Source of the DNA: Malacoraja senta
Taxonomy: Eukaryota
Assembly: GCA_038087875.1 (NCBI GenBank)
Contig: CM075994.1
Span: 7,814,001-7,878,000, forward strand
Reading direction: 5' to 3'
DNA length: 64,000 nt
Shown here: piece by piece, positions 1 to 14,130 of the stretch
Position numbering within the stretch: position 1 is the first letter of the stretch
How the letters are laid out: every line of letters starts with the position of its first letter
Translations under genes and position numbers: made by a program
Notes under the pieces: model-generated
Database searches by the model: none
What the model saw: only the letters and a program-made list of their open reading frames with translations
Told to the model about the DNA's origin: nothing

Positions 1-432
1 ACTGCGGAGCCTGGGATCTCTCGCCGAGGTCGCCAGAGTCGGAGCTCCAACCAGCACGGCCTGTTGACATCGGGAGCCGCGGTCTCCGGGGAGGAAGCGG
101 CCGTTCCAGACACTCCAAGTCGCTGAGGAGTGTTTCTCCCGACGCCGGAGCTCCATCATCCGGCAAGAGGGCCTGAAAACATCGTGCTGCCGTTGCGGCA
201 ACTGGCTGCGGAGGCCACAAATAGGCCCCGACCTCGGGTGATCACAGAGGAAGAGGACTGAACTTTCTGGTGCCTTTCCACACAGTAGAAAATGTTGATT
301 CTGCTGTGGGGGGACGTTTTTCTATGGATGTACAGAAACCTAATTATTTCTTCTATGTAAAGCACTTTGGTTTCAACACGAGTTGATATTAAATGTGCTA
401 TATAAATAAAATGTACTTACTTACTTACTTAC
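1..432 (+). mobile_element. 3' part of a GC-rich non-autonomous retroposon with an L2-type tail
   Basis: CpG-rich body. Hairpin core at 281-308 shared with the copies at 38094 and 44212. Tail tgtaaagcactttgg...aaatgtgctatataaataaa followed by (TTAC)n. Confidence 0.6.
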
Positions 433-2220
433 TGGTACCAACTAAAAGAGAAAGCATATAACATTGCAAAGATTAATGGGATTGGGAAGCTTTTAAAGAA
501 CAACAGAAGGTAACTAATAAGGCAATACAGGGAGAAAAGATGAAATACGAAGGTAAGCTAGTTAATAATATAAAAGAAGCAAGAGTTTCTTCAGTTATAT
601 AAAGATTAAGAAAGAGGCAAGAGTGTACGTTGGACCGCTGGAAAATAATGCAGGAGAAGTGATAATGGGGAATAAAGAAATGGCGGAGGAGTTGAATAAC
701 CTTTTTGCATCAGTTTTCATAGTGGAAGACACCAGCAACGTGCCTGAAATTCAAGAGAGTCAGGGGGTGGAAGTTAGTGAATTGGCTATTACTAGGGAGA
801 AGGTGCTTGGGAAGCTGAAAGGGCTGAAGGCGGATAAGTCACCTGGACGAGATCAACTGCACCCTAAGGTTCTGAAAGAGATGGCTTTAGAGATTGTGGA
901 GGCATTGATAGTGATATTTCAAGAATCACTAGAGTCAGGAGTGGTTCCAGATGATTGGATAATTGCCAGTATTATCCCGCTGCACAAGAAGGGAGCGAAG
1001 CCGAATAGTGGGAACTCTAGGCTGACTTCGGTGGTTGGTAAAATTTTGGAGTACATTATAAAGGATGAGGTTATGGAGTACTTAGAATTTCACAATAAAA
1101 TGGGCTGAATTCAGCATGGCTTTGTGAAGGGGAGGTCTTGCTTAACAAATTTGGTGGAATTCTTTGAAGAATTAAATTATTGGACAGACAAAGGTAGATG
1201 TTGCAAACCTAGATTTTCAGAAAGCCTTTGATAAGGTGCCACATGGGAGGCTGCTAAGGATGATGAGAGCCCATGGTATCAAACGGCAGATACTAGCATG
1301 GACAGCAGGTTGGCCGGATGGCAAAAGGCAAAGAGTGGCAATAAAGGGGGCCTTTTCTGGTTGGCTGCCAGTGGCTGGCAGATTTCCGCAGGGCTCAGTG
1401 TTGGGGCCACTGGTCTCCACGTTTTTTATTAATGGGGATTGAAGGCTTTGTGGCCAAGTTTGCGGATGATAAGAAAATAGGTGGAGGGGCAGGTAGAGTA
1501 GAGAAAGCAGGGACTCTGCGGAAGGACTTGGATAGGTCGGGAGAGAGGGCAGAGAAGTGGCAGATGGAATATAGTGTGGCAAAGTGTGGAGTCATGCATT
1601 TTGGTAGTAGGAATAAAGGTGTAGATCATTTTTTAAATGAATCCAGAAATTGGTGGTGGAAAGGGACTTGGGAGTGCTGGCGCAGGATTCCCAAAAGGCG
1701 AATCTGCAAATCAAATCAGTAGTAAAGAAAGCAAACGCAAGCATTTATTTCGAGAGGGTTTATTTACAAAAACAGGGATGTAATGCTAAAGCTCTATAAG
1801 GCACTGGTCAGGCCACATTTGGAATATTGTGAGCAATTTTGGGCACCATATCTGAAGAAGGATGTGCTGCCTCAGGAGAGGGTCTAGAGGAGGTTTACAA
1901 GAATGAGGGGGGACATTGAAACGTATGGAATAGTGAAAGGCTTGGATAGAATGGATGTGGAGAGGATGTTTCCACTAGTGGGAGAGTCTCGGACTAGAGG
2001 ACATAGACTCAGAATTAAAGAAATGTATTTTAGGAAGGAGAAAAGGAGAAATTTATTTAGTCAGAGGGTGGTGAATCTGTGAAATACTTTGCCACAGAAG
2101 GTGTTAGAGGTTATGGGGAGAAGGCAGGAGAATGGAGTTAGGAGGGAGAGATAGATCAGCCATGATTGAATGGCGGAGTAGACTTGATGGGCCAAATGGC
2201 CTAATTCTAATACTATCTTT
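433..2220 (+). pseudogene. Decayed CR1 LINE (ORF2 RT region to 3' UTR)
   Basis: ORF pieces KSPGRDQLHPKVLKE, FPQGSVLGP and AKFADDKK. Frameshifts and stops. CR1 3' UTR ending ggccaaatggcctaattct. Confidence 0.9.
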
Positions 2221-2439
2221 AATATGATTTATGATCTTATGTTTATATGTATGTATGTAAATGTAGTTGATAACTGGTGATCAATGGTCGGCATGGACAG
2301 AAGTTCTTGTTTCTGTGCTGGTCTCAACACGTATATAAAAGGAATTCCTTGTGGCATGAAAAAATAGGGAACTATTGGCTTCAGAATTGCAAAGATCACC
2401 ATGAACCTGCCCACAGGAACACACAGCATCGAGCATAGT

Positions 2440-2860
2440 ACAATGAACAGTGCAGCGAAGGATCAAACCCTTTAGCGCACAATGTGCAGCTGAACATAAA
2501 GCATAGATAAACTAAGCTGTCAACCATGTCCCCCCATTCTCTTCATCTTCACATGCCTGTAAAAACTTTTAAAATGTCACAATTGTTTCTGTTTCCACAA
2601 TCCCCCTGTCGACAAATTCCAGGCACCGACATCCTGCACATCTCCTTTGAACTTTCCCCCTCATGACCTTAAAGCTGTGCTCTCTAGACTTTAACATTTC
2701 CATCCTGGGAAAAAGTTTCTCACTGTCTACCCTATGTCTTTCATAATTTTATATTTCTATCAGGTCGTTCCTCAGCTTTTGGCACTCTAAAGAGTACAAT
2801 CCAAATTTGTCCAACCACTCCTTATTGCTAATACGCTCCAATCCAGGCAGCATCTTTATA
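2440..2860 (-). mobile_element. Old CR1 3' fragment
   Basis: Reverse complement resembles the ORF2 C-terminus and 3' UTR of other CR1 copies in the window. Confidence 0.55.
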
Positions 2861-4629
2861 AATTACAACACATGATAGTATTTCAAATGTATCTACACGA
2901 AGATCAAGACATAAATCTGGTGCTGTAGCCAGTTCAGCGTCAAGGGCCTCTGCTCAAATGGAAGTCAAAGCTGATTTAGTCGCTCTCTCAATACAAGCGG
3001 ATGCCTTGGAGAAGAAACATGAGATTGATCGACAAGAAGAACAGCTGAGAGAACAAGAAGAACAGCTGAGAAGACAAGAAGAATAGCTGGAATTAGCCAC
3101 AAAGTTGCCGGTTGCCAAATCAAAGAAGGAGATAATGGAAAGTCAGGGTTCAAGATGCGGCTCAAGAATATCTCAGAAGAGTTCCTTAGTCCAAGAAGGA
3201 GCTGCTAAGCTGAAAGCAACAGCTAAATCAAATCTACAGCCAGAGGATATCTGGCCTCGTGACTCAGAACTAGCACGGAGCCAGTAGATGGGCGATAAAA
3301 CTTCATCTCAGCAACTGGGTGCTAGACCAAAACAAATTACTTATGGGGCGTCTGTCGAGACTCGGGACAAACCAGCAACTCAGTACCCTTTTCAGAGGCC
3401 TAATACACAGGCTCGAGCAAGCCAACATTGGCAGATGCCTGCGTATCATCCATTTGTGCCCAGTCAGGGACAAACAACTAGTCATAGGAGTCTTGACAAA
3501 ACTTACTCAGACCAGTATTCTTTTCAGCGGCCTGTTTATCATCCGTCTGCGACAAACCAAGGATCTCAAGGTGAATTCTATGAATTGGTGAGGAATCAAA
3601 TGGAAATCAGCAAGCTCATATCTCAACAAAATCTCTCTTCCACCCTACCACCAATAGAAATTCCTAGATATGATGGTGATCCTTTGCTGTATGAAGCTTT
3701 CATAATGGTGTTTCACGAAGGAGTAGAGATGAAAACTACTGATGAAAAAGAGCGCTTACGATTTCTAGTGCATTACGCAAGCAGACATGCAAAGGTGCTT
3801 GTGGAAAGTTGTCTAAATAGGCCTGGAGGCCAAGGCTATCGAGAGGCAAAAGGGTTGCTTGAAGAACGTTATGGTAATGAACAGAGGATTGCTAACGCAT
3901 ACATGAAGAAGGCCTATGCCTAGAAAGATATCACGTCAGAAGATGTGGAGGCATTAAGTGAGTTTGCGATATTTCTTAGAAGTTGTTGTAGCTCGAAATC
4001 TCGACCACATGGATGAAACGAATGTTGTTAGTAAGTGGGGAGATGGGGCAAGCCAGACAATGGAAGTGGAGAATCGAGAAGCCATGTTGCTTGACCTGGT
4101 GGCTTTCTTAGAAAGGGAAGTACGGTTCATGTTAAATCCACGCCATGGAAATATTCAAGATCCTAAACAAGCAACTGCTAAAGGTTCTACCTTTATAAAA
4201 ACAAAAGGAACATCAGGACCTAAGGAAGGCAGTTTTGTTACCGCTATAATACCTGTGGAAATGACAGGAGGAATGAAAGGAGATGTACCTACTATCAAGC
4301 AAAAAGGATTTTGTTTGTTATGTGATGAGGTTGGTCACACCATGAGGTGGTGTCGAAGAATCAAGAAGAAGGAATATAAAGAAAAGATGGATATCTTAAA
4401 GGAGAAGGGAATCTGTTTTGGATGTTTGAAAAAAGGACACATGGTTAAAGACTGTAAGAGAACTATAGCTTGTGATAAGTGCAAGCAAGATCATCCTGGA
4501 AGCACTTCACACTGAGCAGAAGAAGTCGGAGCAAATAGAACAGATGTAGAAGTCAGCTACTAATGATGCTGTCACCTCACCTCAGATAACTGCCCATACT
4601 GTATCTTCTCTATCTTACCAGTACAGTTA

Positions 4630-5158
4630 AGGCTCTGTCCCACGGGTTTGCGGTCACTGGCGGTGAAGCGCGGCATCGCCGGAAGAGGGGACCGCACGGC
4701 AACCACGAGAGCGGCGCACGGATGCTGCGCGGGGGCCGAGTGATCTCCGTACGGCCGGTTCCACGAGCTTGCGGCGTCGGGTGATGACGTCATCGCGCAA
4801 CGCGACGCGCTACGCGATGATGTCTTTCGGATCGCGGGGCTGTGGCGGCGGCCGTGCCGCACACGTGCCTCACTGGCAGCGGCTGTGGCGGTGAAAGTTC
4901 GACTCACGCCGCTCGTGCCGCACTGGCGGCGGCTGTGGCGGTGACCGTGCCGTACTCGTGCCTCACTGGCGGCGGCTGTGCGGTAGGAAAATATTTTTAG
5001 ACATTGTTGACTTTTTGTGAGCACCGCGCGGTGTTGGGACCAACGCCGCACGGCCCCGGCAGTGTGCGTTTGACCGAACCCGCGGTCTCTGGCGGTCCAC
5101 GAGCGGTAGATACTTCCTGTTTCACCGCCAATGACCGCAGACTCATGAGACAGGCCTT
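4630..5158. mobile_element. PIF/Harbinger-type MITE inserted in the BEL protease
   Basis: Imperfect TIR of about 37 bp (aggctctgtcccacgggtttgcggtcactggcggtga / tcaccgccaatgaccgcagactcatgagacaggcct). TTA duplication at 4627-4629 and 5159-5161. Removing it restores LPVQLRNSKG. Confidence 0.85.
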
Positions 5159-5218
5159 TTAAGGAACAGCAAGGGGAATACAGTGTTGCAAACATATGCA
5201 TTTTTGGATCATGGAAGT

Positions 5219-5432
5219 GTTAAAGAAGGAACTGCAGATGCTGGAAAATCGAAGGTACACAAAAATGCTGGAGAAACTCAGTGGATGCAGCAGCATCTAT
5301 GGAGCGAAGGAAATAGGCAACGTTTCGGGCCGAAACGGTCTGAAGAAGGGTTTCAGCCCGAAACTTTGCCTATTTCCTTCGCTCCATAGATGCTGCTGCA
5401 CCCGCTGAGTTTCTCCAGCATTTTTGTGTACC
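5219..5432. mobile_element. Penelope-derived palindromic mini-insert
   Basis: Inverted repeat of the Penelope terminal sequence. 16-bp TSD tttggatcatggaagt at 5203-5218 and 5433-5448. Confidence 0.8.
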
Positions 5433-8400
5433 TTTGGATCATGGAAGTTTGGCTACCTTTTGTACAGAAAGCTTGATGAGAAGGCTGGACATTACAGGAA
5501 AAGAGGTTAAGATTCTATTGCGTACCATGGATGAGGAGAAATCCTGCGATAGTCATTACATTACAAGTATGGAAATATCTAGTCTGAAAGAAGATTTTTA
5601 TAACAATATCTGAGGTGTTCACACATGAGACCATGCCTGTTTGTCATCAAAATATACCCAGACATGAGGACTCAAAACAATGGCCTTACTTGAAGGATGT
5701 CAAGATACCTAAAATAAATTCTGGTATCGACCTACTTAACGAATGCTTTGAAGGCGTTGGAACGTATACAGACCGTAAGGAGCCAAGGGGATGGACCGTT
5801 TGCTGTGAAAACCCTACTAGGATGGGTTATCTATGGCTCCTTGTGAAGGGACAACGAAAGCAGGAACCAGAAGAACTACTCTGCTGCTGCTGTTAATCAA
5901 ATATCTACTGGTAAATTAGAAAAGCTATTGATCAAGCAATACAATCATGACTTCAATGAAAGAACTAGTAAGGAATCTGAAGAAATGTCCAGGGAAGAGT
6001 TAAAGTTCTTGGATATTATGAACTACTCAGTCAAGATGATACACGGACACTATTGTCTAGACTTACCTTTCAAACAAGAAAGTGTTAGTCTGCCGAATAA
6101 TCATTGTATGGCAGAGCAACGCACCCAGAATCCGAAACGCAAGTTTGGCAAGAATATGAAATTTCATGAGGAATATACGTTTCCTAAAGGTTATGATTGG
6201 CAATGATTATGCCAAAATGGTACCAACAAGCCAACTAAATCGAAGTGACGGAGAGCTTTGGTACATTACGCACCATGAGGTGTATCACTCGAAGAAAGGG
6301 ACCTTAAGGGTGGTCTTTGACTGTGCTGCAGTCTTCAAAGGAACAAATTGTCAACTACTGCAAGGTCCAGACCTTACTAACTCACTCATTGGAGTTCTTA
6401 TTACATTCAGACAAGAACCAATTGCTTTGATGGCTGATATTAAAGTGATGTTTCATCAAGTCAAAGTATCAGAAAAACACATTGACTACTTGCGATTCTT
6501 ATGGTGGCCTGGTGGTGATGCACAACAAGATCTCGTTAAATACCGGATGAAGGTACATCTCTTTGGAGCAGTGTCATCACCAAGTTGTGCGAACTTTGCA
6601 TTAAGGAAGACTGCCAAGGACAATAAAGCTCACTTTCAAGAAGAAGTGACAAATACAGTAAAGAACAACTTCTATGTGGACGATTGTTTAAAATCTATGT
6701 CTACAGAAGAGGAAGCAACTCAAATGGTAAAACATCTGACTTCCCTCAGCCATAAGGGAGGATTCATGCTATCCAAGTGGATCAGCAACAGCCGTGTTGT
6801 TTGGAAAGCATTCCACCAGATGATAGAGCCAAGGAGACCAGGGAGTTGGATTTGGACAAAGACAATCTGCCAATGGAAAGAGCACTGGGATTGCACTGGT
6901 GCGTTGAAACAGATGTGTTCAAGTTCAGAATCTCGATTCAAGAGCGACCATGTACTAGAAGGGGTATCCTATCCGTGATTGGTTCTGTTTACAACCTTTT
7001 GGGATTTCTTGCACCATTTACACTGCCAGCCAAGTTGATTTTGCAGGATCTTTGTTAGGAAAAACTTGGATGAGATGAGAGTATAACGCAAACTTCCTCT
7101 TGTCGATGGATAGAATGGTTAGCAGATCTTAACAAGTTCTCGGAATTCAAAGTGGACCGGTGCATGAAACCTACAAGCTTTGGTAAGATCAGAAGTGCAC
7201 AGCTGCATCATTTCTCAGATGCCAGTGAAAGTGGCTACGGTACTGGAAAATGATGACAATGAAGTATATGTTGCATTCTTAATGGGAAAGGCCGGAGTGG
7301 CACCATTGAAGCAAATGACAATTCCCAGAATGGAACTTACTGCCGCAGTCTTAGCTGTTAAAATTGACATAATGCTGCAAAAAGAACTACAGCTTCAACT
7401 GGAAGAATCTATCTTCTGGATTGATAGTACTACGGTGCTTAAATATTTCAACAATGAGAACAAACATTTTTTGACATTTGTAACAAACAGAATCTCTTTT
7501 GTATTGGGAGCTACTAATGTTTCACAATGGAAATATGTTAACACAAAGGAAAATCCTGCGGATGAAGCTTCCAGAGGACTAACAGTAGACCGCTTCGTAA
7601 GCAACAAGAGATGGATCAATGGACCGGAGTTGCTCTGTAAGCCAGACAGAGAATGGCCAAAGCTTGAGCTGGGAAATCTCTGCTAATGATCTGGAAATTA
7701 AACAAAACATCACAGTGAACGTTATTGCTAAAAATCTATTATTCTCTCAAAGGACTTTCACATATCAACATTATTGTTACGACATATCCATGAGTTGATC
7801 GGACATGGAGGAAGAAATTTCATGCTGTCAAAACTTTGGACTTTTGCGCTTTGGACTATATACTGGGTATTATGCCAGACGTTAAGGGTTTGGTGCGTAC
7901 AGTACGACTTCAGACTAAGAACGATGTTTTAATAAGACCAATAACCAAGTTATGCTTGCTTCTAGAAGGCGAAGGTGAAGATGGAAGAATCTCTAAAGTA
8001 GACTGAATACCAATATATAATGCATGTTATTATTATTTTTTTTTAATATATGTTAAGCTTTTATAGCTCCTTTTTTAATGTCTATTAGTAATTGCCATTA
8101 TATTCTCAGAACAATTAGGGCCGGGATGTAGTATCCATTTAGCTTAACTCAGTATGTTATAACTATAACGAGTTACCTTTAAATTGTATCTGCCTGTAAT
8201 TATGTGGGTGGGATTTATACGTAGTCTGAGGCGTGTTTGCGGCTGGGATTCTTGTGCAGACTCCCTAGTAGTTAGTTTAGTTTGAAGAAGCATGGGGGAG
8301 AGGTCACAGCTTTTGACCATGCATGAGTTTGACCACGAGTAAGATCAAAATGTACTAATACAAGAAGAGGTTTGGATGAATATCTTACTGTTTTTACTAC

Positions 8401-9689
8401 TACAATAAAGAAACTATTAATTAAGAGACTGTTTGAAAGATTTATTTTTCGACTGCATTGAATGTCTCTTGGAGAGCTCGTGAGTGCGTTTTGATTATCT
8501 CCTGAACCCCTGTCTTCAATCTTAGTGACTAAAGGAAAGATTCCTTGAACGATATGAAAATCTGTCACTATAACTATCTTGCCTGACATGGTCCAAAATT
8601 GCTGCAAATGCTTACTAATAACAAAATATTCTATGAATTTAGGACTGGTGTCCTACGAATGCTCTTAATAAAATGCTCTCAAAAGCCCAGAAAATAATTA
8701 AGTAAAATTGCAATCTCACTCATGAAAGTAATGAATTATTTTTAATACCTTCTCTTGCCTTCTGTCTCCTGTCACTCATATTTTGCCCATCATTTGCAAT
8801 TGTTACAAGAACTACAAACAGAACCATTGACGCAGACATGCATATATCCAGGGTCAGCTGGGCCCCATATTTGTTTCTGTATTGATTTTCAGAAATTTGA
8901 AATCCATTAGTTACAGCAACCCACCAGAGAATTAATGTCTGTACTTATTTGTTCTTCCTGCATTAACCAGAATAAATGAATCATAATTACCTCCAGGAAA
9001 TTAACTACTTTGTCTCTGTGATGTTAATCTTAATGTCACATATCTGCATCTTGATTGAACAAAGCTTTAAAATGAATTTTTTGAGTAAATATTCAAATCT
9101 AATGCATAGAGATAAGGATATTTTGAAGATATTTAATCACAATCCAACTGGGTAATTCCGCTCTGGCAAAGATTACCTTTCTATATTAGTTATTATTGTA
9201 GGGCTAATAATAGAAAGCATACAATATTTGTTCATGAAATCAGTACTGATTTGTGAACTTTAAATATTTAATTTTCCTCTCTGGTCCCAGAAATAGAAGT
9301 TGTAACATTTACACTACCCCATTTACAGATGAAACTCCCTGCCCTTAAATATGGGCAAGGAACAAAAGATTCCACCCTATTGTAGGCAGGTCGAATTCAA
9401 ATATATTAACATCATTGATGTACAGAGAAATCCTGTGGTCCAAACACGTGTTTCCTTGAAAATGGCAACATAAGTAGAGGGGTAATGAAGGGATATGCTA
9501 TACTTTACTCTGACCTTAGGAAGCATGCCATATGTATTCGTCAACACCCTATCCATCTTTGTTGTCACTTTCATACTACTATGAACTTGGACCTTTAGGT
9601 TCTCTATTCATCAACATTCCTTAGCGCCTTAACAGTTATTGTACATATCCATTCCAATATGTGTCTCTTTCTATTTTCTAAAGAAAATG

Positions 9690-9975
9690 GAAACTGGCCC
9701 TTGAACTCACCAAGTCCACGCCAACCATCGATCACCCGTTTGCACTAGTTCTATGTTATCCCACAATCGCATCCACTTCCTGCACACTTGGGGCAATTTA
9801 CAGTGGCCAATTAACGTAAAAACCCACACCTTTTTGGAATGTGCCGGAGCACCCGGACGAAAACCATGTGGTCACAGGGAGAATGAGCAAACTGTGCAGA
9901 CTGCACCGGAGGTGAGGATCAAACTCATATTTTTGGCACTGTAAGGCATCAGCTCTACCAGTTGCACACTGTATC
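9690..9975 (-). mobile_element. tRNA-derived V-SINE/HE1-like SINE
   Basis: Reverse strand has a tRNA-like head, the V-core-like segment tctccctgtgaccacatggttttcgtccgggtgctccgg, and a CR1-like tail. Confidence 0.7.
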
Positions 9976-10500
9976 GGGATGAAATTCCACCTGCTCTAAA
10001 CTTTGGAAAAAGCACTTTGGAATAAGTATGTAGCTGAGTGTCATGCTGAAGCCCGTGAAGCCACTAAATCATGGGCTATGGCAGGTAGACCCTGTGTTTG
10101 AGTACAAGAACCTCACTAATGCAAGATATAAGTATGCTGTTCACTTTATCTGTAAAAATTAGCAAGCTATGAGGGCTGATTCCATGGTTAAGAAGCTGCT
10201 AAGTAACAATGATACTGATTTTTGGAAAGAAGTGAGAGCTCTTAACAGTTGCAAAACATCTCTACCATGCACTGTAGATGGAATCTCCGGAACAGCTAAT
10301 ATCGCGGAGTTATGGCAACAACATTATAGTACTTTATTCAACTGTGTCCGTGGTGATTTGCATAGGGTGGACAATATTGAGAGTAATGACTCAATGGTGA
10401 TTATGTCACATGAGATGTATTATGGCATGAACAAGTTGTCCAACAACAAAGCAAGTGGCTTGAATCATATTTCTGATGAACATCTTAAGTATGCGAGTAT

Positions 10501-10692
10501 GGAGCGAGGTGGAGGATAAATGCGTGGCTGAAGGACTGGTGCAGAAGGCAGGGATTCAAATTTCTGGATCATTGGGGCCTCTTTTGTGGAAGGTTCAACC
10601 TGTACAAAAAGGATGGGTTGCACTTGAACCTGAGGGGGACCGATATCCTGGCGGGGAGATCTGCAAAGGCTACTGGGAAGACTTTAAACTAG
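10501..10692 (+). pseudogene. CR1 ORF1 C-terminus (SGNH esterase-like)
   Basis: Translates as INAWLKDWCRRQGFKFLDHW...KKDGLHLN, which contains the SGNH block V DxxH motif. Confidence 0.8.
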
Positions 10693-10735
10693 AATGGTTG
10701 GGGGGAGGGACTCAAATAGAGAATGCTCTTAGACA

Positions 10736-12885
10736 GTGTGTGAGGCAGGAGGCAGAGAAGGAAAGCACTCAGACCCAACATGTAGGGGGGAAAGAAGAAA
10801 ACATAAACAGAGAATAAGAGGTGGTGGGGTTCTTAAATGGGTGAGCAGAGAAACAGAGGGGTGTAAAATGCGGGCGGAAGCAATAGGCAGCAAGGTGAAA
10901 AGTAAAAGTGGCAGGCAGACAAATCCAGGGCAAAAATCAAAAAGGGCCACTTTTCAACATAATTGTATAAGGGGTAAGAGCGTTGTAAAAACAAGCCTGA
11001 AGGCTTTGTGTCTCAATGCAAGGAGCATTCGTAATAAGGTGGATGAGTTGAACGTGCAGATAGCAATTAATGATTATGATATAGTTGGGATCACGGAGAC
11101 ATGGCTCCAGGGTGACCAAGGCTGGGAGCTGAACATCCAGGGATATTCAATATTCAGGAGGGATAGAGAGAAAGGAAAAGGAGGTGGGGTAGCGTTGCTG
11201 GTTAGAGAGGAGATTAACGCAGTGGAAAGGAAGGACATTAGCTTGGAGGATGTGGAATCGGTATGGGTAGAGCTGCGAAACACTAAGGGGCAGAAAACGC
11301 TGGTGGGTGTTGTGTACAGGCCACCTAGCAGTAGTAGTGAAGTTGGGGATGGCATCAAACAGGAAATTAGAAATGCGTGCAACAAAGGCAAAACAGTTAT
11401 AATGGGTGACTTCAATCTACATATAGATTGGGTGAATCAAATTGGCAGGGGTGCTGAGGAAGAAGATTTCTTGGAATGTATGCGGGATAGTTATCTAAAC
11501 CAACATGTAGAGGAACCAACGAGAGAGCAGGCTATTCTAGACTGGGTATTGAGTAATGAGGAAGGGTTAGTTAGCAGTCTTGTTGTGCGTGCCCCCTTGG
11601 GCAAGAGTGACCATAATATGGTTGAGTTCTTCATTAGGATGGAGAGTGACATTGTTAATTCAGAAACAACGGTTCTGAACTTAAAGAAAGGTAACTTTGA
11701 GGGTATGAGACGTGAATTGGCCAAGATTGACTGGCAATTAGTTCTAAAAGGGTTGACGGTGGATATGCAATGGAAGGCATTTAAAGACTGCATGGATGAA
11801 CTACAAAAATTGTTCATCCCAGTTTGGCAAAAGAATAAATCAGGGAAGATAGTGCATCCGTGGATAACAAGGGAAATCAGGGATAGTATCAAAGCAAAAG
11901 ATGATGCATACAAATTAGCCAGAAAAAGCAGCATACCAGAGGACTGGGAGAAATTCAGAGACTAACAGAGGAGGACAAAGGGCTTAATTAGGAAAGGGAA
12001 AATAGATTATGAAAGGAAACTGGCAGGGAACATAAAAACTGACTGCAAAAGTTTTTATAGATATGTGAAGAGAAAGAGATTAGTTAAAACAAATGTAGGT
12101 CCCTTGCAGTCAGAAACAGGTGAATTGATCATGGGGAACAAGGATATGGCAGACCAATTGAATAACTACTTTGGTTCCGTCTTCACTAAGGAAGACATAA
12201 ATAATCTGCCGGAAATAGCAGGGGGCCGCGGGTCAAAGGAGATGGAGGAACTGAGTGAAATCCAGGTTAGTCGGGAAGTGGTGTTGGGTAAATTGAATGG
12301 ATTAAAGGCCGATAAATCACCAGGGCCAGATAGGCTGCATCCCAGAGTACTTAAGGAAGTAGCTCCAGAAATAGTGGATGCATTAGTGATAATTTTTCAA
12401 AACTCTTTAGATTCTGGAGTAGTTCCTGAGGATTGGAGGGTAGCAAACGTAACCCCACTTTTTAAGAAGGGAGGGAGAGAGAAAACGGGGAATTACAGAC
12501 CAGTTAGTCTAACATCGGTAGTGGGGAAACTGCTAGAGTCACTTATTAAAGATGGGATAGCAGCACATTTGGAAAGTGGTGAAATCATTGGACAAAGTCA
12601 GCATGGATTTACGAAAGGTATATCATGTCTGACGAATCTTATAGAATTTTTCGAGGATGTAACTAGTAGAGTGGATAGGGGAGAACCAGTGGATGTCTTG
12701 TATCTGGACTTTCAGAAGGCTTTCGACAAGGTACCACATAAGAGATTAGTATACAAACTTAAAGCACATGGTATTGGGGGTTCAGTATTGATGTGGATAG
12801 AGAACTGGCTGGCAAACAGGAAGCAAAGAGTAGGAGTAAACGGGTCCTTTTCACAAAGGCAGGCAGTGACTAGTGGGGTACCGCA
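10736..12885 (+). pseudogene. CR1 ORF2 5' part (APE endonuclease to RT N-terminus) with one in-frame stop at 11963-11965
   Basis: LCLNARSI, GITETW, VYRPP, MGDFN and SDH motifs. The same frame resumes after the TAA. Confidence 0.9.
12112..12885 (+). repeat. 774-bp direct repeat, copy 1 (copy 2 at 18731-19504)
   Basis: Identical by eye at offset 6619. Flanks the L1. Confidence 0.9.
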
Positions 12886-13308
12886 GCTACTGAACACGTA
12901 CTGAAGCTACCAGAAGTACCTGTAATTGAAGTAGCACATCGACTCCCCAGATTTAAATCAAGATCTCAAGGAGAACGTGCCTACCCACGACAGATCATAA
13001 TTAAACTTCGGGATATCTCAACAATGGAAGCGCTGATGAAAAAAATCAACCACGGAGAGAAGATGATGTACAGAGGTGATACTATTAAACTCCTACGGGA
13101 CTACCCTTATGAGATTGAGCAAAAGAGAAGAAAGTTCTCACAGACCAGAGAAGTTCTTTATGGTGTTAAGGGAGTTTTGTGTGGAGTGTTTTACCCGGCT
13201 AGAATGCGTATCACCTTTGAGGGAGTGTCAAAAACATTCACTAATTCGGATGAATCTCTCAAATACGCTCAAGAAATCGCGACTAAGGCTGCATCAACTG
13301 GAGACTGA
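12886..13308 (+). pseudogene. L1 ORF1 C-terminal part (RRM/CTD)
   Basis: Open frame IEVAHR...PRQIIIKL...DYP...YPARMRI, typical of L1 ORF1p. Confidence 0.85.
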
Positions 13309-13589
13309 AAACCAAGACGACATGAACAAATGAACTTGCTTATTCTTCCAACAAGAATATTACAAGGAAAGTGAATTAACTGAACACTGATTTTTTATTT
13401 TTTATTTGACTTCAAGCAACAGATTCTTAGTGAGACGTGGCTAGACATTATTATCTTCGCTGGAACATTGTGCTATGTAATTCAAGGACACTACGTGCTC
13501 AAACGAGGAAAACCTGATAACGGGACGAACTGCTGGGCTGAGAGTGAAAAACATCACATGGCTTATATTGTTTATAAAAAACTGAAAAA

Positions 13590-14130
13590 ACTGAGAACTA
13601 ATAATAATTAACAATTAACAATACTAATATAGAAATAGCAATTGAAATAGATAAAAAATGTGCAGTCTGCTCTGTTTAGCAGATAACAGCAAGTGCTATG
13701 CAGCTCGAGAGTGGAGGGAGGGGGAGACCGGGTACCTGGCATAACTCCAGGAGCCAGACTCCCGTTAACCCTTCCAGCGAACAGCTCATTTTTAACAATA
13801 TTAAAATCAATTTAAAATAGCTAAGAGATAATATACACTCGAGGTTGATATGAAAAATATATACGGCTTATATAGTTTTACAAAATGCTGAGAATTAATC
13901 ATAATTAATAATTAACAATACTAATATAGAAATAATATTTGAAACTGATAAAACTGTGGTGCCTGCGTCATAACGCAGACAGCAGTTATCACCTATGTTC
14001 GCAGCTCGTGGAGAGGAGAAGAGATCAGGCACCTGGCACAATTCCAGGAACCTGACTCCGGTTAATCCACTCAGTAAACCGCTCACTTTAACAATACTAA
14101 ATTCATTTTAAAATAGTTAAGAGATAAAGA
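13590..14130 (+). repeat. Two diverged tandem units of about 300 bp in the L1 inter-ORF spacer
   Basis: Both units start ctgagaa(c/t)taat and share cctgg-N7-ccagg and aaaatag(c/t)taagagataa. Confidence 0.8.

Larger units (their letters stand above)
2915..8520 (+). mobile_element. Decayed BEL/Pao LTR retrotransposon (gag, protease, RT, RNase H; integrase mostly deleted; probable 3' LTR from 8127)
   Basis: Gag motif IPRYDGDPLLY and three CX2CX3-4HX4C-type knuckles. Protease LPVQ...TYAFLDHGS. RT motifs LRVVFDCAA and NFYVDD. Pao RNase H motif TIPRMELTAA...ENPADEASRG. Integrase C-terminus RPITKLCLLLE. Purine tract then TGTA at 8127. The LTR end is uncertain and no 5' LTR was seen. Confidence 0.9.

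Noticed and set aside
13680..13790. Twister ribozyme resemblance (GTGGAGGG, TAACTCCA) in the L1 spacer
   Set aside because: The GGUNNCAAGC core is missing and the second repeat unit lacks UAAC.
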